A stretch of DNA of 63,816 nt from a virus. Lineage: Duplodnaviria; Caudoviricetes. A model generated the notes under the pieces. That model was not told the origin of the DNA. It searched no databases and was given only the letters and a program-made list of their open reading frames with translations. The stretch covers positions 1 to 63,816 of the IMG/VR virus record IMGVR_UViG_3300005253_000675. One strand, given 5' to 3'. The translations under genes were made by a program, and so were the position numbers. Each line of letters begins with the position of its first letter. Within the stretch, counting starts at the first letter, position 1. Below, one piece after another: positions 9,444 to 19,707 of this stretch.

Positions 9444-9529
9444 TGGTCGCGCCACTCCTTCCAGAGGTCGAGCACGGCCACCACGAACGTGAACAGCGCG
9501 GCCGCGAAGTTGATGAGCGACCTGGTCAT
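9440..9529 (-). CDS. Micro membrane peptide (29 aa)
   Basis: MTRSLINFAAALFTFVVAVLDLW; ATGA overlaps on both sides. Confidence 0.5.
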   Translation of the reverse strand: MTRSLINFAAALFTFVVAVLDLWKEWRDQ

Positions 9530-9729
9530 CGGTCGCGCTGCTCTCGCCCGACCGCCTCGACGACCGCGTCGTCCAGGGCCATGTACTCGTCGGCCGTCAA
9601 GGGCAGCCACAGCTGGTCGCCGATCTCGACGGACCGGAGCGTCTGTATGATGATCACGCTGATGGCGATCAGCAGGCCGACGACCACCACGACCGCGGCT
9701 ATGAATGCCTCAAAAATCAGGTCCGTCAT
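9526..9729 (-). CDS. Small membrane protein
   Basis: N-terminal hydrophobic helix. Confidence 0.6.
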   Translation of the reverse strand: MTDLIFEAFIAAVVVVVGLLIAISVIIIQTLRSVEIGDQLWLPLTADEYMALDDAVVEAVGREQRDR

Positions 9730-11269
9730 GTCCCTTCTCCTTGTAGTCCTGGGTCTGCTCCTTGGTGGGCGTCGGCATCCACCAGACGGCCAGGTCCGCG
9801 CCGCCGACCTTCAGGGTCGTGAAGCCGCCGCCCTCGTTCCTGATGACGCTCCAGATCCCGACGCTGTTCATGTCCCGGGCGCGACGGTTCTCCAGGAACT
9901 CGATGAGGGCGAGGGAGCGGAAGTAGACGCGGCCCTTGTGCTCCCAGGGCTTGTTGTCCAGGAGGTCCTCGTCGGTGTCCGACTTCATCCGCAGCATGAG
10001 GAACTCCATCAGCCGCAGGAGGAACTGGCCCAGCGGGCCGGCGTCGTCGGGCACCTCCACCACGATGTGGGTGGCGATCAGGTCGCGGACCTTCGTGTCC
10101 CAGTCCACGTTCTTGAGCTGGGGCACCTGGATCTTCGTCTTGCGGAAGGCCGTACGCTTGAACAGGGTCATGGAGCCCAGCTCGTCGGGCGTCAGCGTCA
10201 TCCGCCGGCCCGCCAGCTCCAGCTCGTATAGCGGGTCGTCGCGGCCGTTCTCGAAGCTGACCAGGCGGCCGAGCGGCGGGAAGGCGGCGCGGGCCGCGAC
10301 GCGGCTGAAGCGCTCGATCCCGAACTCCCGCTTCCGGCAGAGCGTCTTCTTGCAGAGCGTCTCGATCGGCGCGTCCTTGCACTTGTAGACGTAGTCGCTC
10401 CGGGTCAGGCTCCGGACGATGTTCTCGATCTCGTCGGCCGGGAGCGACGGGGTGACCACGCCGCTGTTCTCGTTGTAGTCCTCCAGGACCTTCTCCCAGC
10501 TGTCGGGGAACTTCAGCTTGAGGAAGATCCCGATGTTGTGGAGGGCGCCGTTCCGCGAGCCCTTGCCAATCTGCGTTTGGTGTAGGGTCTGGAGGCAGGG
10601 CGGCCCGTCCAGGAAGAAGGCGTCGTGGTCGACGCCCAGCTGGACCTGACGCACGTCCAGCTCGTTCTCGGTGAGCCGCATGGACTCGGCGTGATCGAGG
10701 AACGCCTCGAGGCTCATCGCCTCGCCGGCCTCGTCCACGCAGTAGCGGGTGGTGTCGTCGCTCCCGAAGTACGGTAGGTTGAGCCAGTTGCCCTTCTGCC
10801 CGGGCGAGAGCGCGATCTGCTTGGGAAAGTATTCCAGGGGCGGGGCGTTCCCCTCGTCGTCCGCTGGGTTCGTCAGCCCCAGCAGCTCGCTCCACCGCTT
10901 CATCTTGGCGAGCAGGTGGACCGGCTTGATCGGCTCCATGAAGAACAGAAACAGGTGGGCGCCGCCGCTCTTGGAGCGACAGATGACGAACGGCAGGCCG
11001 AGGACGCCCACCTCCTGGATGAGCGACGCGTGGTCCGTCTCGTCGTCGTCTAGGTCGATGCAGCCCCAGTGGCATGTGCCCGCGTCGCTGATCGGTACGA
11101 TGCCGATGCCCGTCTTGTCCCCGGCCAGATGCCGGTCCCACGCCCCGTCGGGGATGGGACCGGCCTTGGTGTAGGCGTTCAGCTTCGCCCCTGTCTTGGG
11201 GTCGGCCTCGTACTGCCCGTACCAGTCCTCGTTGCCGCGGAAGAGACGCTCGAAGCGCTCTCTCGACAT
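9710..11269 (-). CDS. Archaeo-eukaryotic-type primase with PriCT-like domain
   Basis: WGCIDLD, RSKSGGAH, GNWLNLPY, PPC, G.RN. Confidence 0.85.
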   Translation of the reverse strand: MSRERFERLFRGNEDWYGQYEADPKTGAKLNAYTKAGPIPDGAWDRHLAGDKTGIGIVPISDAGTCHWGCIDLDDDETDHASLIQEVGVLGLPFVICRSKSGGAHLFLFFMEPIKPVHLLAKMKRWSELLGLTNPADDEGNAPPLEYFPKQIALSPGQKGNWLNLPYFGSDDTTRYCVDEAGEAMSLEAFLDHAESMRLTENELDVRQVQLGVDHDAFFLDGPPCLQTLHQTQIGKGSRNGALHNIGIFLKLKFPDSWEKVLEDYNENSGVVTPSLPADEIENIVRSLTRSDYVYKCKDAPIETLCKKTLCRKREFGIERFSRVAARAAFPPLGRLVSFENGRDDPLYELELAGRRMTLTPDELGSMTLFKRTAFRKTKIQVPQLKNVDWDTKVRDLIATHIVVEVPDDAGPLGQFLLRLMEFLMLRMKSDTDEDLLDNKPWEHKGRVYFRSLALIEFLENRRARDMNSVGIWSVIRNEGGGFTTLKVGGADLAVWWMPTPTKEQTQDYKEKGHDGPDF

Positions 11270-11275
11270 CCCAGG

Positions 11276-12106
11276 CTAGAAGCCCGGAGCGCCGTCTTCG
11301 ACCTCTGCCTCGGGTATCGCCTCGCCGTCCATCCGGCGCCAGTCCACCTGGCCGGCTCCGGCGTCCATCAGCTCCTCGAAGCCCCTGGCTCTGGGCACCA
11401 GCTCGCCCGCCTCCTCCATGTCGAAGAGGTCGACCTGGCACTCCGGCTTCTTCAGCACGAAGAACCGGCCCTTGTCGTTGACCTTCTCCACGGTGGTCGC
11501 CTTCCAGACGCTCCACCAGCGGGGCAGGTCGGCGTGGACCACGCCGTCGATCTCTCGGCGCTGGCGGCCGATGTCCGTGTTCCACAGGCGCGAGGGCGTG
11601 AGCCCCGTCATCTTCAGGGGGAAGATGGCCTCGCTCCAGCTGCCGTCCGGCAGCCGTACGAGGACGGCCTGCTGGTGGGTGTCCACGAGGTCGTGCTTGT
11701 CGAGGTCCTTGCAGTTGGCCTCGGCCTCCCGCATGTCCGGCGGGTGGAGCCCGACGAACCCGCCGCCCTCCTTCCGCTTGATCCACTCGATGATGTGGCG
11801 GCTGAAGTGGCAGGGGATGATCATCACGCCCTCGTCCCCGTCCCAGATGGCGCCGCTCACGGACTCGTGGAACATGCCGGGCTCGGCGCCCTCCACGTAG
11901 GCGTCGTCCTTCTTCGCGACCTGGGGGCTGAGCGCCTGCAGGATGTTGAGGAACGGCAGGGCCATCTCGGCCTGGCCGACCTCCTTGCTCCCGGCGCCGG
12001 CGTAGGCGGTCGCCATCTCTCCCCTGCTCATGCCGCCGATGATGGCGGTGTCCGTCTTCTTCCTCGCGACGCTCTTGGCGGGCTTCTTTTTCCTTGGTGT
12101 GGCCAT
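11276..12106 (-). CDS. Putative ssDNA-binding protein
   Basis: LPFLNILQALSPQV, GAEPG, acidic tail ending in F; located in the replication module. Confidence 0.6.
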   Translation of the reverse strand: MATPRKKKPAKSVARKKTDTAIIGGMSRGEMATAYAGAGSKEVGQAEMALPFLNILQALSPQVAKKDDAYVEGAEPGMFHESVSGAIWDGDEGVMIIPCHFSRHIIEWIKRKEGGGFVGLHPPDMREAEANCKDLDKHDLVDTHQQAVLVRLPDGSWSEAIFPLKMTGLTPSRLWNTDIGRQRREIDGVVHADLPRWWSVWKATTVEKVNDKGRFFVLKKPECQVDLFDMEEAGELVPRARGFEELMDAGAGQVDWRRMDGEAIPEAEVEDGAPGF

Positions 12107-12133
12107 GACTAAACTCTCCTAGGTGTGATGGTG

Positions 12134-12607
12134 TTAGGCCTTCCTGAGGACAGCCTTCAGGAATGGGTGGGTGGTAATCGTAGCGGGTAGCTCGTTGCCC
12201 TCGGCGACCTGCTCCTTGCAGAACGCCTTGAGCGTCGACGGGTGGACGTGCTCCACCAGTAGATCGCCGTGCCCGTTCTTCTCCAGCCAGACGTAGAACG
12301 CCGGCCGATCTCCAGCGGGCAGCGCCACGTGCATGTCAGACTGGAGGAAGACCTTCCGCCCGTCCTGGAGGGTGAAGCCTCCCTTGCCGGTGGCCGCGAC
12401 CATCCCGGCCTCGTGCATGGCGTCGGGCAGCTCCTCCAGTCTGATGTGGTCGTAGGTCTTTTTCAACCCCTTCGCCTCGTCCGTCAGCTCATCCAGACGG
12501 TCCTTGGCGGTGGCCATGCGCCGAGCCAGCTCCAAGACGGCCGACGCCTTCGCGGGGTCAACCTCCTTAGCTTCGTGCTCGGCGAGCAACGTGCGTGGGT
12601 CTAACAA
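12134..12607 (-). CDS. Conserved phage replication-module protein
   Basis: Coiled coil + WLEKNGHGDL..VHPSTLKAF. Confidence 0.7.
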   Translation of the reverse strand: MLDPRTLLAEHEAKEVDPAKASAVLELARRMATAKDRLDELTDEAKGLKKTYDHIRLEELPDAMHEAGMVAATGKGGFTLQDGRKVFLQSDMHVALPAGDRPAFYVWLEKNGHGDLLVEHVHPSTLKAFCKEQVAEGNELPATITTHPFLKAVLRKA

Positions 12608-12623
12608 GCTGTACCTCCTCTCT

Positions 12624-12956
12624 TCAGGCGTGGTTGCAGGGGACGACGTAATACACCGGCACCCCGCGGTCCTTGCTCATCTGGCGGTCAAATTTTATCA
12701 TCGCGTACCGACCGCCGTTGGCACGCGCTGCCTCCACGCAGGCGATCCCAATGCCCGCCGGGTCACCGTTGGGTAGGATGAAGTCGTCGTCGCTGAAGTC
12801 TCGCAACGCGGTCCTGATCTTCTGGATCGTGGGGACCGCGTTGAGGAACACCTGGTCGCCGGCCGGCAGGAGAAAGACCAGCTCGCCGTAGTCAGCAGCG
12901 GGTAGGAAATTTTTGCGCGAATCCTCCTGGATAATGAACACTCTACCTTTTTTCAT
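12624..12956 (-). CDS. Hypothetical phage protein
   Basis: A.DYGEL, DDFILPNGDP; in operon. Confidence 0.7.
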   Translation of the reverse strand: MKKGRVFIIQEDSRKNFLPAADYGELVFLLPAGDQVFLNAVPTIQKIRTALRDFSDDDFILPNGDPAGIGIACVEAARANGGRYAMIKFDRQMSKDRGVPVYYVVPCNHA

Positions 12957-13567
12957 TTGCGCTCCTTTTCTGCAGTTCGTCTCCGTCTCTGTCCTTCTCG
13001 GTGACGGCGTTTAGCGTCAGGGTCGTTAAACCTTTTCTTCTGCGCCCTACTCATATGACGCCGGGTCTCGTCACTGTGCGTTCTAGGCGGTCGTTTAAGC
13101 GCCGATTGGCTCATATTTTTTCGAGCTTCAAGCGACTTTTTAACCCCCCTAAGCTTTTCTCCGATACAAATTTTTGCTTTTTCGGTGTGCCTATACCCAC
13201 GAAGTTTACGCCTAGTTTCCTCAGATACCGGGGGCCTTCTTAAAGCAGCTTCGCTCATTTTGTTTCTTGTATCGTCAGTGACTACACGAACCTTAACGGC
13301 CTCGCTGATTCTACATTTCGCCTCTGGGCTATGGCGGTAGGTCACCGGTCCTGAGCCACCTGCGTTAAGGTTCCGCTTCGGTCGCCAAAGGTCGATGAGC
13401 TTCCTCTCAAGCCACTGCGCATACGCTCTATCGCACCGTACGAATCTCCTAAACGTTGCGCCCTTGAATTTTCGTTTATGCTCACGCTCACGTTTGAGTG
13501 GCCGCTTGGTCAGCCCGACGTACACCAGTGAACCTTTCTGGTATATCCCATATACGACGTACGGCAT
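12953..13567 (-). mobile_element. Free-standing GIY-YIG homing endonuclease with NUMOD3-like repeats
   Basis: VYGI..VYVG.T..R..EH..E..LI..N; repeated HS.ET(R)..MS; AT-richer than flanks. Confidence 0.85.
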
Positions 13568-13569
13568 GG

Positions 13570-15342
13570 CTAGATCCACTCCCGCCATGAGTCGCCCGTG
13601 ATCAGGTCCGCGAGATTCTTCTTAGACCGCAGAGTCTCGAGGACCTTCTTGTCTAAGGTATCTCGCGCGACCAGGTCGACGTAGGTGACCGTCTTGTCCT
13701 GGCCGATCCGGTGGGCCCGGTCCTCGGACTGGAGGCGCGACTCCAGGTTGAAGCTGTTGCTGTAGTAGACGACCGTGTCGGCCGCGGTCAGGGTGATGCC
13801 GAGCCCGCCCGTCTCGGTCTGCCCGACGAAGAACCGGGTCGGGCTGGCCAGGTCCTGGAAGCGCTTGCGTCCCGCCGTGCGGAGGACGGTGCTGGTGCCG
13901 CCGTGGAACTGGGTCACGGCGTCCTCGCCCCACCGCGCCGCCAGGCCGTCGGCGATCAGCGCGATTTCCGCCCGGAACCGGGCCCAGATGATCACCTTGC
14001 TCGTCTCGGCCAGGTCCTCGAGGAACTCCATCAGCGCGACGATCTTCGCGTTGGTCCCCAGGATCGGCTCGACGTGGGTCTCCTCCAGCTCGGTCAGGTC
14101 GTTGTACGTCGTGATCGGCAGGAAGCCGCCGACGATCTGCTGGAGCCGGAGGAGCTGGGTGAGGACGATCGTGACGGACACCCGCTGGACCGCCTCCCGC
14201 CGCGTCACGACGTCGGTGAACATGTCCGCCTTCATCTGGTCGTAGGCGACGCGCTGCTCCTTGCCGAGGTCGACGTGGAGCCGCTCGAAGACCTTCGGCG
14301 GGAGGTCGATGCACTCGGCCCGCGTGACCCGGTAGGAGTAGGGCTCGATGATCTCGACCAGCTCCTCGAGGTTGGCGTAGCCGACGACCTGCTTGAGGTT
14401 GAACCCGCCCATGACGGCGTACCGGTTCCGGAACGTGTAGAAGCTGGAGAAGCCGAGGATGCCCGGGTCGAGGAACTTGAACTGGGTGTACAGGTCGAGC
14501 GGGCCCTGGGTGACGGGCGTCCCGCTCATCACGCGCCGGTAGGCGGCCAGCTGGCCCAGCTTGATCACGTTCTTCGTGCGCTTCGCCTTGGGCGTCTTGA
14601 TCCGGCTGGACTCGTCCACGATCATCAGGCAGCGGTGGAGCTGGAGGAACCGCTCGCAGGCCTCGTAGGCGCGGTCGGAGCTGAGCCCCTCGACGTTGAC
14701 GACGAACCACCTGAGAGCGGGGCTCGGGTGAGCGTCTACCGTTAGGAACGCGGCGATCCGGTCGCGCTGGGCCCGCCTCGCCTGGGCCGACCAGATCACC
14801 ACCTCGTGGGAGGACCACTCCGGCGCCATCAGCGCGACCTCCTCCTCCCAGGTGTCCTTGACGGAGTTGGGGCAGACGACGAGGACCCCGGCGATCTCGC
14901 CCTTGGCTCGCAGGTACGTGCCCGTGTCCACCTCGATGCGCGTCTTGCCCGTGCCCATCTCCATGAAGAGGGCGAACTCGGGCAGGTCCCGGCTCAGGGC
15001 GAAGACCTCCTCCTGGTGCTCGAACGGCGGGAGGCGGGTGCTGAACTTGAAGTCGGGCGCCCGCAGCCCCTGCTTGCGGCTCTCCCGGAGCACGTCCGAG
15101 TGGGCCTGCTGCTTGACGACCTTCTCGCGGATGGCGGCCGCGGGCTCGGACCAGGCGGCGGCGGGGAACGCCTCCAGCGCCCGGGTCACGTTGGGCCCGC
15201 TGGGCACGAAGATCCAGGCGCCGTTGCCCTCCGCGTAGTCCGGTTTCCAGTACCGGCGGTCGGGGAGTGAGCGCGCCAGGCTGACCGCCTCGATGGGCGA
15301 GACGAGCGCCAGGTTGTTCCCGAACTTTTCGATGCGGATCAT
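13570..15342 (-). CDS. SNF2-family helicase
   Basis: MEMGTGKT, VDESS, SGTP, GGLGITL, QSEDRAHRIGQ; start placed downstream of the promoter. Confidence 0.95.
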   Translation of the reverse strand: MIRIEKFGNNLALVSPIEAVSLARSLPDRRYWKPDYAEGNGAWIFVPSGPNVTRALEAFPAAAWSEPAAAIREKVVKQQAHSDVLRESRKQGLRAPDFKFSTRLPPFEHQEEVFALSRDLPEFALFMEMGTGKTRIEVDTGTYLRAKGEIAGVLVVCPNSVKDTWEEEVALMAPEWSSHEVVIWSAQARRAQRDRIAAFLTVDAHPSPALRWFVVNVEGLSSDRAYEACERFLQLHRCLMIVDESSRIKTPKAKRTKNVIKLGQLAAYRRVMSGTPVTQGPLDLYTQFKFLDPGILGFSSFYTFRNRYAVMGGFNLKQVVGYANLEELVEIIEPYSYRVTRAECIDLPPKVFERLHVDLGKEQRVAYDQMKADMFTDVVTRREAVQRVSVTIVLTQLLRLQQIVGGFLPITTYNDLTELEETHVEPILGTNAKIVALMEFLEDLAETSKVIIWARFRAEIALIADGLAARWGEDAVTQFHGGTSTVLRTAGRKRFQDLASPTRFFVGQTETGGLGITLTAADTVVYYSNSFNLESRLQSEDRAHRIGQDKTVTYVDLVARDTLDKKVLETLRSKKNLADLITGDSWREWI

Positions 15343-15379
15343 GAGGCGTGGTCTGCTGTCTGGGTAGCAACGGAGGACC

Positions 15380-15408
15380 ATCATACACCGCGCCTGGCCA
15401 CTTGTAAA
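15380..15408 (-). promoter_or_regulatory. Sigma70-type promoter of the replication arm
   Basis: TTTACA-N17-TATGAT. Confidence 0.75.
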
Positions 15409-15417
15409 CCGGCACTA

Positions 15418-15446
15418 TGTCCGTACACGTCTGGAGGTGGTATCTT
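15418..15446 (+). promoter_or_regulatory. Cassette-type promoter, copy 1
   Basis: TGTCCG-N17(..TCTGGAGGTGG)-TATCTT. Confidence 0.7.
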
Positions 15447-15489
15447 TCAATCTTAGACAGTAGACCACCACATCGAGAGGAGGCGGATC

Positions 15490-16467
15490 ATGCCCGCAGC
15501 AGTCGAGTCAATGGCCTACGTCGGCCAGGTCCCGTGGCACGGGCTGGGCGAGAAGGTGAAGCCCGGCGTCAGCGCCGACGCCATGCTCAAGGCGGCCGGC
15601 CTGGACTGGGAGGTGGCCACCGCCAAGGCCAAGTGGGAGTACACGTTCAGGGGGAAGAAGAGGTATCGGACGTCGGACCAGATCCAGGTCCTGTACCGGA
15701 CGGACACGGGCGAGGACCTCAGCATGGTCGGCCCGAAGTACCAGCCCTTCCAGAACCACGAGATCCTGTCGTTCTTCCAGGAGTACGTGGAGCTGGGCGA
15801 CGCGGTGATCGAGACCGTGGGCAGCCTGAACGGCGGCCAGCACGTCTGGGCCCTGGCGGACCTCGGCGTCGGCTACGACGTCGGGACGAAGAGGAACCCC
15901 GACCAGGTCCAGGGGAAGGTGCTCCTCTTGAACCCTCACCTCTACGGGAAGGCCGCCATCCTGAAGATGACCGAGGTGCGCGTCGTCTGCTGGAACACCG
16001 CGACGGCCGCCCTCAGGGACGGCAACGAGTCCGTCCGGCTCTGGCACAACAAGGAGTTCAACGAGGAGCGGCAGGAGGAGGCCAAGCGTCGGCTCGGGAT
16101 CGCTCGCGAGCAGCTGAAGGCCGCGGAGAAGGAGGCGAGGCTCCTGAGCAAGACGGGGCTGGAGGACCCCATCGCGATCAGGGTCGCCGCCGGCGTCATG
16201 CGGGGCGACCCCGAGAACCCCGAGTACGAGGCGCAGAACCGGCGCACGCGTCGCGTCCTCGACCTCTTCTGGGGCGAGGGGATGGGCGCTGACCTGCCGT
16301 CCGCCTCGGGCACCGCGTGGGGCCTGCTCAACGCCGTCACGCAGTACCTGGACCACGAGTACGGGCGGTCGGTCAACAACCGGCTGGCGTACGCGTGGCT
16401 CGGCGGCGGCGAGGCCGTGAAGAACCGGACGCGTCGCGCGCTGCTGGAGATCGCGGCGAAGAACTAG
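15490..16467 (+). CDS. DUF932-family phage protein
   Basis: PWHGLG, AGLDWEV, Y.PFQN, RVVCWNT, GTAWGLLNAVT.Y.DH. Confidence 0.9.
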   Translation: MPAAVESMAYVGQVPWHGLGEKVKPGVSADAMLKAAGLDWEVATAKAKWEYTFRGKKRYRTSDQIQVLYRTDTGEDLSMVGPKYQPFQNHEILSFFQEYVELGDAVIETVGSLNGGQHVWALADLGVGYDVGTKRNPDQVQGKVLLLNPHLYGKAAILKMTEVRVVCWNTATAALRDGNESVRLWHNKEFNEERQEEAKRRLGIAREQLKAAEKEARLLSKTGLEDPIAIRVAAGVMRGDPENPEYEAQNRRTRRVLDLFWGEGMGADLPSASGTAWGLLNAVTQYLDHEYGRSVNNRLAYAWLGGGEAVKNRTRRALLEIAAKN

Positions 16468-16642
16468 GACGCGCCCACGTGCGGGGGAGGGCCAGCCCGG
16501 TCCTCCCCCTCCTTCAGACAGAGGACAGACCCATGAACAAGACGGAAACCGTGATGGCGGAGTTCATGAACGCTATCGTCAAGGTGATCATCGTCGTCGC
16601 GATCGGCGTCGGCAAGTTCGTCGCCGCGCTGGAGCTTGAGCT

Positions 16643-17026
16643 ATGACCGACCCGATCGAGTACAACGGCAAGCCGATGAGGTTCGAGCCAATCAACATCA
16701 CCACCCTGGACATGCTTCGGCTCATGCGCCGAGGCACGCCTCAGGTGGTGCTCCTGGAGCCCGGGGACGCGACCAGGTACACCCTGCTGGCGGTCCCCCT
16801 GGGCACCGACGTGGCTTCTCACCTGGATGACTTTGGCATCCCCCGTAGGGAGGCGCACAACTACCTGTTCGTGAGCAAGCTGGCGGCTGAGGAGTGCCCA
16901 GGGACCTGGCTGCCCTTCGGTTCGGACCTGACGGTGGGCACCTACGACGTCGTACCACTCACGGACAACGAGTGGAGCAGGCGGTTCCTGGCCTGGTGGT
17001 TCACGAGGCTGTACGAGCTACTCTAG
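16643..17026 (+). CDS. Hypothetical protein
   Basis: Coupled ORF in the plus-strand early operon. Confidence 0.7.
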   Translation: MTDPIEYNGKPMRFEPINITTLDMLRLMRRGTPQVVLLEPGDATRYTLLAVPLGTDVASHLDDFGIPRREAHNYLFVSKLAAEECPGTWLPFGSDLTVGTYDVVPLTDNEWSRRFLAWWFTRLYELL

Positions 17027-17041
17027 ACAGGAGACAGACAG

Positions 17042-17452
17042 ATGACCAAGCCGAGATGGACCCCGGAGCTCTACCGGGCCGACGCGATCCCCGAGGGAGA
17101 GCGCTTTACCGTGGAGGAGGAGAGCCTGGGCCGGATGCACTACGCCCTGGAGGGCCGCGCCGTCAGGATGGCACTTCAGGCCGGCGCGGAACGCGTCACG
17201 GTGGTGGAGCTGGACCGCGACGTGATCGCCCACGTGGCCCCGTACCTTGACCCTCGTCGCGTCGCCGTGGTTCAGGGGGACGCGTTCATCCTCCGGCACC
17301 CGGTCGGGAGCCGCTGGTCCGTGGTCTGGCACGAGCTGTGCGAGGACAACCTTCCGCTGATGACCAAGCTTCACCGGAAGTTCGGCGGCCGGTGCGACTG
17401 GCAGGGCAGCTGGAGCCGAGAGTTCCTGGAACGGAGGAGGCCGAGATGGTAG
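17042..17452 (+). CDS. Class I SAM-methyltransferase/spermidine-synthase-like fragment, motif I missing
   Basis: VTVVELDRDVI, VVQGDAF; no GxGxG. Confidence 0.55.
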   Translation: MTKPRWTPELYRADAIPEGERFTVEEESLGRMHYALEGRAVRMALQAGAERVTVVELDRDVIAHVAPYLDPRRVAVVQGDAFILRHPVGSRWSVVWHELCEDNLPLMTKLHRKFGGRCDWQGSWSREFLERRRPRW

Positions 17453-18021
17453 CCCAGGCGTCGGACTGGGTCTACCTCCACGCGGTCTGCCACCCCGGCG
17501 CCGGCACGTGGCTGCGGCTCGGACCCAACGGCGCCCACGTCCTGGAGTGCAAGGAGTGCCGCCAGATCGTCACCGCGTTCCGGGTCCTGAGCGGCGAGGC
17601 CGAGAACATCACGCACGAGCCGGGGCTGACGTACGAGGAGGCGGTGGAGCCGTTCTTCGCTCCCGAGGTCGGAGTGGTCTGCCACAACTGCGAGGCGGTG
17701 TTCACCTTCTCTCCGTCAGTACAACTGGCGGTCGAGGCGGGCTGGCTCCAGAGCGACTCGACGACCTGGGCCTGCCCGTCCTGTCGATCGAAGGCTATCC
17801 TTGACGCCTTGCCGCCGGACTACGAGCCAGGGCAGTGTAGGGCTCGCACCAAGGAGGGCTGGCGCTGTAAGCGGTCCGCGGCCGAGGGCCATGACATGTG
17901 TCGCCTACACCTGCGCACGGGCGGCGGGATCTGCGGCGCGGCCCACGACAGCGACCTGGGTCTCCAGATCTGTCGACGAGCCGCCGGACACAAGGAGGGC
18001 TGCGACTATGAGCCGATCTAG
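17446..18021 (+). CDS. Multi-Zn-finger protein
   Basis: Several CxxC pairs and CRARTKEGWRC..CRLH. Confidence 0.65.
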   Translation: MVAQASDWVYLHAVCHPGAGTWLRLGPNGAHVLECKECRQIVTAFRVLSGEAENITHEPGLTYEEAVEPFFAPEVGVVCHNCEAVFTFSPSVQLAVEAGWLQSDSTTWACPSCRSKAILDALPPDYEPGQCRARTKEGWRCKRSAAEGHDMCRLHLRTGGGICGAAHDSDLGLQICRRAAGHKEGCDYEPI

Positions 18022-18247
18022 CGGCGACGTACGGTGCCGGTTCACGGTGACCCTGGAGTTCGACATCACGGTTCAGGCCAACGACCCGGAGGTGGGTTTA
18101 CAAGAGGCTTTGACAAGAGCCGGTGAGGAACTCGGTGGCTACAATTTTGTAGAGGCCACCGATGTGAGGCTGGACTGGACCGAGGACGGCCGAGAGTGGA
18201 AGCCTGGAACAACCGGGAGGGGGCTTGAGACGGTCTACAACCACTAG
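18008..18247 (+). CDS. Hypothetical protein
   Basis: GGAGG RBS, overlapping start. Confidence 0.55.
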   Translation: MSRSSGDVRCRFTVTLEFDITVQANDPEVGLQEALTRAGEELGGYNFVEATDVRLDWTEDGREWKPGTTGRGLETVYNH

Positions 18248-18425
18248 TGCCGGGAGACAGACTGATGCCGACGATGACGACGGACCGAGACGGACATCCA
18301 TGGAAGGCGTACCCCAGCGGCCGGATCCTCTGCGCCGCGACGACGCCCCTGCACGACGCTCTCCTGGACGACGGCACGTGCGACTGCCTCATCGCATCCT
18401 ACACGTGGCCCCTACGGAGGCGGTC

Positions 18426-18674
18426 GTGAGCTGGGGCGTGTGGTGCGCCCGGACGGGCGGCGCGTGGCTGAGGGAGGACGGCGAGGAGTGGACGGCCGTC
18501 ACCGAGGAGGAGGCGGTCGTCAAGGCGCAGGAGACGAGCCTCAGCGCGTACGAGACCCTCGTGATGGCGGGACGTGAGAACCCGCTGACCTACCGGGCCC
18601 GACTGTACGACGGTCGGGCCGCCAAGAGAGAGATCTACGAGACCCTGAGAACGAGGAGAGAGACCGATGGCTAG
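18426..18674 (+). CDS. Hypothetical protein
   Basis: GGAGG + GTGA coupling. Confidence 0.55.
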   Translation: MSWGVWCARTGGAWLREDGEEWTAVTEEEAVVKAQETSLSAYETLVMAGRENPLTYRARLYDGRAAKREIYETLRTRRETDG

Positions 18675-18841
18675 AGGCGACCAGATCCCGATGTTCAGGC
18701 CACGACCCGCTACGCTCCTAGAGGCAGCCCAGTGCGAGCTGGGCTACGCGGAGCCGCTCCAGAGCAGAACCGAGGGCGAGCGCACGCCAGAGCTGGCCAA
18801 GGAGCCGCCACGCGTCCAGCGAGCGATCTACGAGGCCCACC

Positions 18842-19117
18842 ATGAGTGATCTTCCGACGCGGTTCGGGTTTCTCGAGACCGGGATGGTGGTCCTTCTAAA
18901 GGTTGACAAGGCAGAAGGCTTTGACGAGGAGCCGGTCATCCTAGTCGAGGAATCAGGGGAGACGACCTGGGTGTACGACGATGGTGACGGGAACATGCTC
19001 GAGGTTCCCACGAACCAGCTTCTAGCGGGCCGCGTGATCGAGCCTCTCGACGAGTACACCGAGGCCTGGGCCGCGATGCTTAGGCGCGAGAAGAGGAGGT
19101 TGAGGATCGTGCGCTAG
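18842..19117 (+). CDS. Hypothetical protein
   Basis: Last ORF before the terminator. Confidence 0.6.
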   Translation: MSDLPTRFGFLETGMVVLLKVDKAEGFDEEPVILVEESGETTWVYDDGDGNMLEVPTNQLLAGRVIEPLDEYTEAWAAMLRREKRRLRIVR

Positions 19118-19146
19118 GACTCTCCTGTCCCCAGCGGCGCGGTCGG

Positions 19147-19187
19147 CCCCCTGAACCAGCGGCATCGGTTCAGGGGGGTTCTTTGTT
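19147..19187 (+). terminator. Rho-independent terminator
   Basis: CCCCCTGAACC/GGTTCAGGGGG stem + TTCTTTGTT at the convergence point. Confidence 0.85.
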
Positions 19188-19354
19188 CCGCGAGGGCTTG
19201 GGGTCAGCAGGTCGCGGAGCCGCTCCAGGGTCTTTCGCCTGAGGACGACCACCCGTTCCTTCCTATGGGAGAGCGTCACGCGGTCCTCGCTGTCGTGGAG
19301 CCGGACCTCGAAGCGGCCGGCGCTCAGCACGCGCTCCGTCCTCAGCTTGGCCAC

Positions 19355-19606
19355 CTAGGCATCACCCTTGTGCCAGCCGAGCGGCAGATCCCAGACCTTA
19401 TCCTCGTACGCGCTCCCCATGCCGTGGCCAGGGAAGGCGATCTTTACGATGGAGAACGTTACCTCCACGAGCGCGTCGCACCAGCAGCACCGGGCCGTTA
19501 GCCGCGTTGTGGCCTCGCCTATCGTTCTATGGTGCCGGTGGATCTCATGGCCGCAGTGAAAGTCGTCGTCATCTCGGGGCTTGGGGCAGAATGGGTTCTT
19601 GGCCAT
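19355..19606 (-). CDS. Small Cys/His protein
   Basis: TGATG coupling; HCGH, CCWC. Confidence 0.55.
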   Translation of the reverse strand: MAKNPFCPKPRDDDDFHCGHEIHRHHRTIGEATTRLTARCCWCDALVEVTFSIVKIAFPGHGMGSAYEDKVWDLPLGWHKGDA

Positions 19607-19707
19607 CACATCCTTGGGGCGGTCAGCATCATGAACCCAAGATACATTAACGCAATTAAGAATGTTACCATCAGCAGGGTCACTGCCACCACCAGCCATG
19701 GTCTCAT
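19606..19707 (-). CDS. Micro membrane peptide (33 aa)
   Basis: MRPWLVVAVTLLMVTFLIALMYLGF; ATGA coupling. Confidence 0.55.
   Translation of the reverse strand: MRPWLVVAVTLLMVTFLIALMYLGFMMLTAPRM

Noticed and set aside
16484-16508. Terminator after DUF932
   Set aside because: A hairpin is present but lacks a U-tract, and the operon continues
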